A stretch of 63,777 nucleotides of DNA from Phoronis australis (lineage: Eukaryota > Animalia > Phoronida): NCBI GenBank assembly GCA_002633005.1, contig NMRA01000096.1:699691-763467 (forward strand), given 5' to 3'. The position numbers were made by a program, and so were the translations under genes. Of the stretch, positions 62,654-63,777 are shown one piece after another. The notes beneath the pieces are model-generated. The model made no database searches. It saw nothing but the letters and a program-made list of their open reading frames with translations, and was not told where the DNA came from. Position 1 is the stretch's first letter, and the number at the start of each line of letters is the position of its first letter.

Positions 62654-63777
62654 GTATGCATTTGAGAAATCAGATAAAAATTAGTTTTAGCCGATAAGTG
62701 GCTACTGCTCGGACAAAATTGCTTGGCCATGCTAGACAGTACCACCGTCTCGACTAACCTTCGGGATAACGAAGCTCCTGTAGGCATTTCATATGCCGAA
62801 TGGTTTTTTGTAAACTATGCCTCACACTGCATTAAAAATTAAAGTCACATTATAAGTGCCTTGGCTTTTGTGCACAGAGTTAACCTGTCCGTACTCCTGT
62901 TAGGCAGCTTCAGAGGCTGTTGATGTCTTTTAGTTCCTTCCAACAAGAGCAAATATTTCCGTAATCAAACTTTTTTTGAGAAGTCCTTCCTTAGTTGTTC
63001 AAATCGGTAACTGGCCATTTTTAACAGTCAGTGCACCAAGGAAATGACGTCTTATCAATTATGATCTGTTCGAACATTATAGAGCCAACTTCTCGTAACC
63101 AGATATTAGAATAACCATCATGATTGCTTTTTTGTTCACTTGTGAAGATTAAAGCCAAAGGCTTTACTAAGCACGGGATCTTGTTTATTTTGATCTGCAA
63201 GAGTTAGCCTTCCAAGAAATTTTCCAGTGAAATTGAAAATTTTGATGAAAAATATGTAACTTTGTGTTTGAAATTGACCAAGAATATGAATTTCATTGCA
63301 TGATGATATTGGGCTTAATTCATATGTTGTGTTCTGGTGTCTGGAAGTTTGCTCTAATGTCAATTGAGGTGTCTGGTTATCAGGGTTACACAGCACAACA
63401 AGATAACTGATAAGTATGACTAATGAGGAATAACAGATTTGGGTTTCTCAGGTGTCGATCTTTGGAAAAATCTTCTCATGGAAATTTAGTTTGCTTGACA
63501 GGCAAAGCATTTCGTGAGTTATGTCTACCTTTAAATCTGTAGAATTCACTAATGTCAGTTAAGCCAAAGTGTTTATTGATACTCACTAAGTTTACCCTGG
63601 CTTGGTCAAGTTTTCAAAATTGTAAAAAATGTTCTTTTGCAGCTACAATCGCTCTCATTCCACAATTTCTACAGTATCATGTGATACGTTGTCTGAATAT
63701 GGATTTGGTCTCAGCAAGTAGTATGTGAACAATCTGTGTTGTATAGCACACACCGTTTAGATTTAATTGAACGTGAT

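Overview
Eukaryotic (metazoan, apparently invertebrate) genomic DNA: AT-rich, with spliceosomal introns, many decayed transposons, three single-N contig joins and one 176-N gap. There are no prokaryotic features. Three host genes are well supported: (1) a single-coding-exon ANKRD34-like ankyrin protein (+, 21752-23026); (2) an intronless ADAM10-like metalloprotease (-, 35235-37595) whose cytoplasmic tail ends in a CUE/UBA-like motif; (3) a Praja-like RING-H2 E3 ligase (-, 50278-59696) that I rebuilt by hand as 8 coding exons with consistent phases (685 aa once an assembly duplication is removed). A probable first exon of a fourth gene (MPKPKKGKKGSGKKGKK, X-box-like motif upstream) lies head-to-head with the Praja-like gene at 62601. 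The rest is hAT, Academ-like, Kolobok-like and unclassified TIR elements, MITEs with 5-bp TSDs, RTE-X-like, L1/Tx1-like and Penelope-like remnants, tRNA-derived SINEs and minisatellites. The most unusual observations are a minisatellite built from the exon 3' end plus the 5' splice site of the Praja-like gene (a tandem array of donors, one of which adds an in-frame Cys/His module) and the CUE-like tail on the ADAM. Family calls come from remembered motifs, not database searches.
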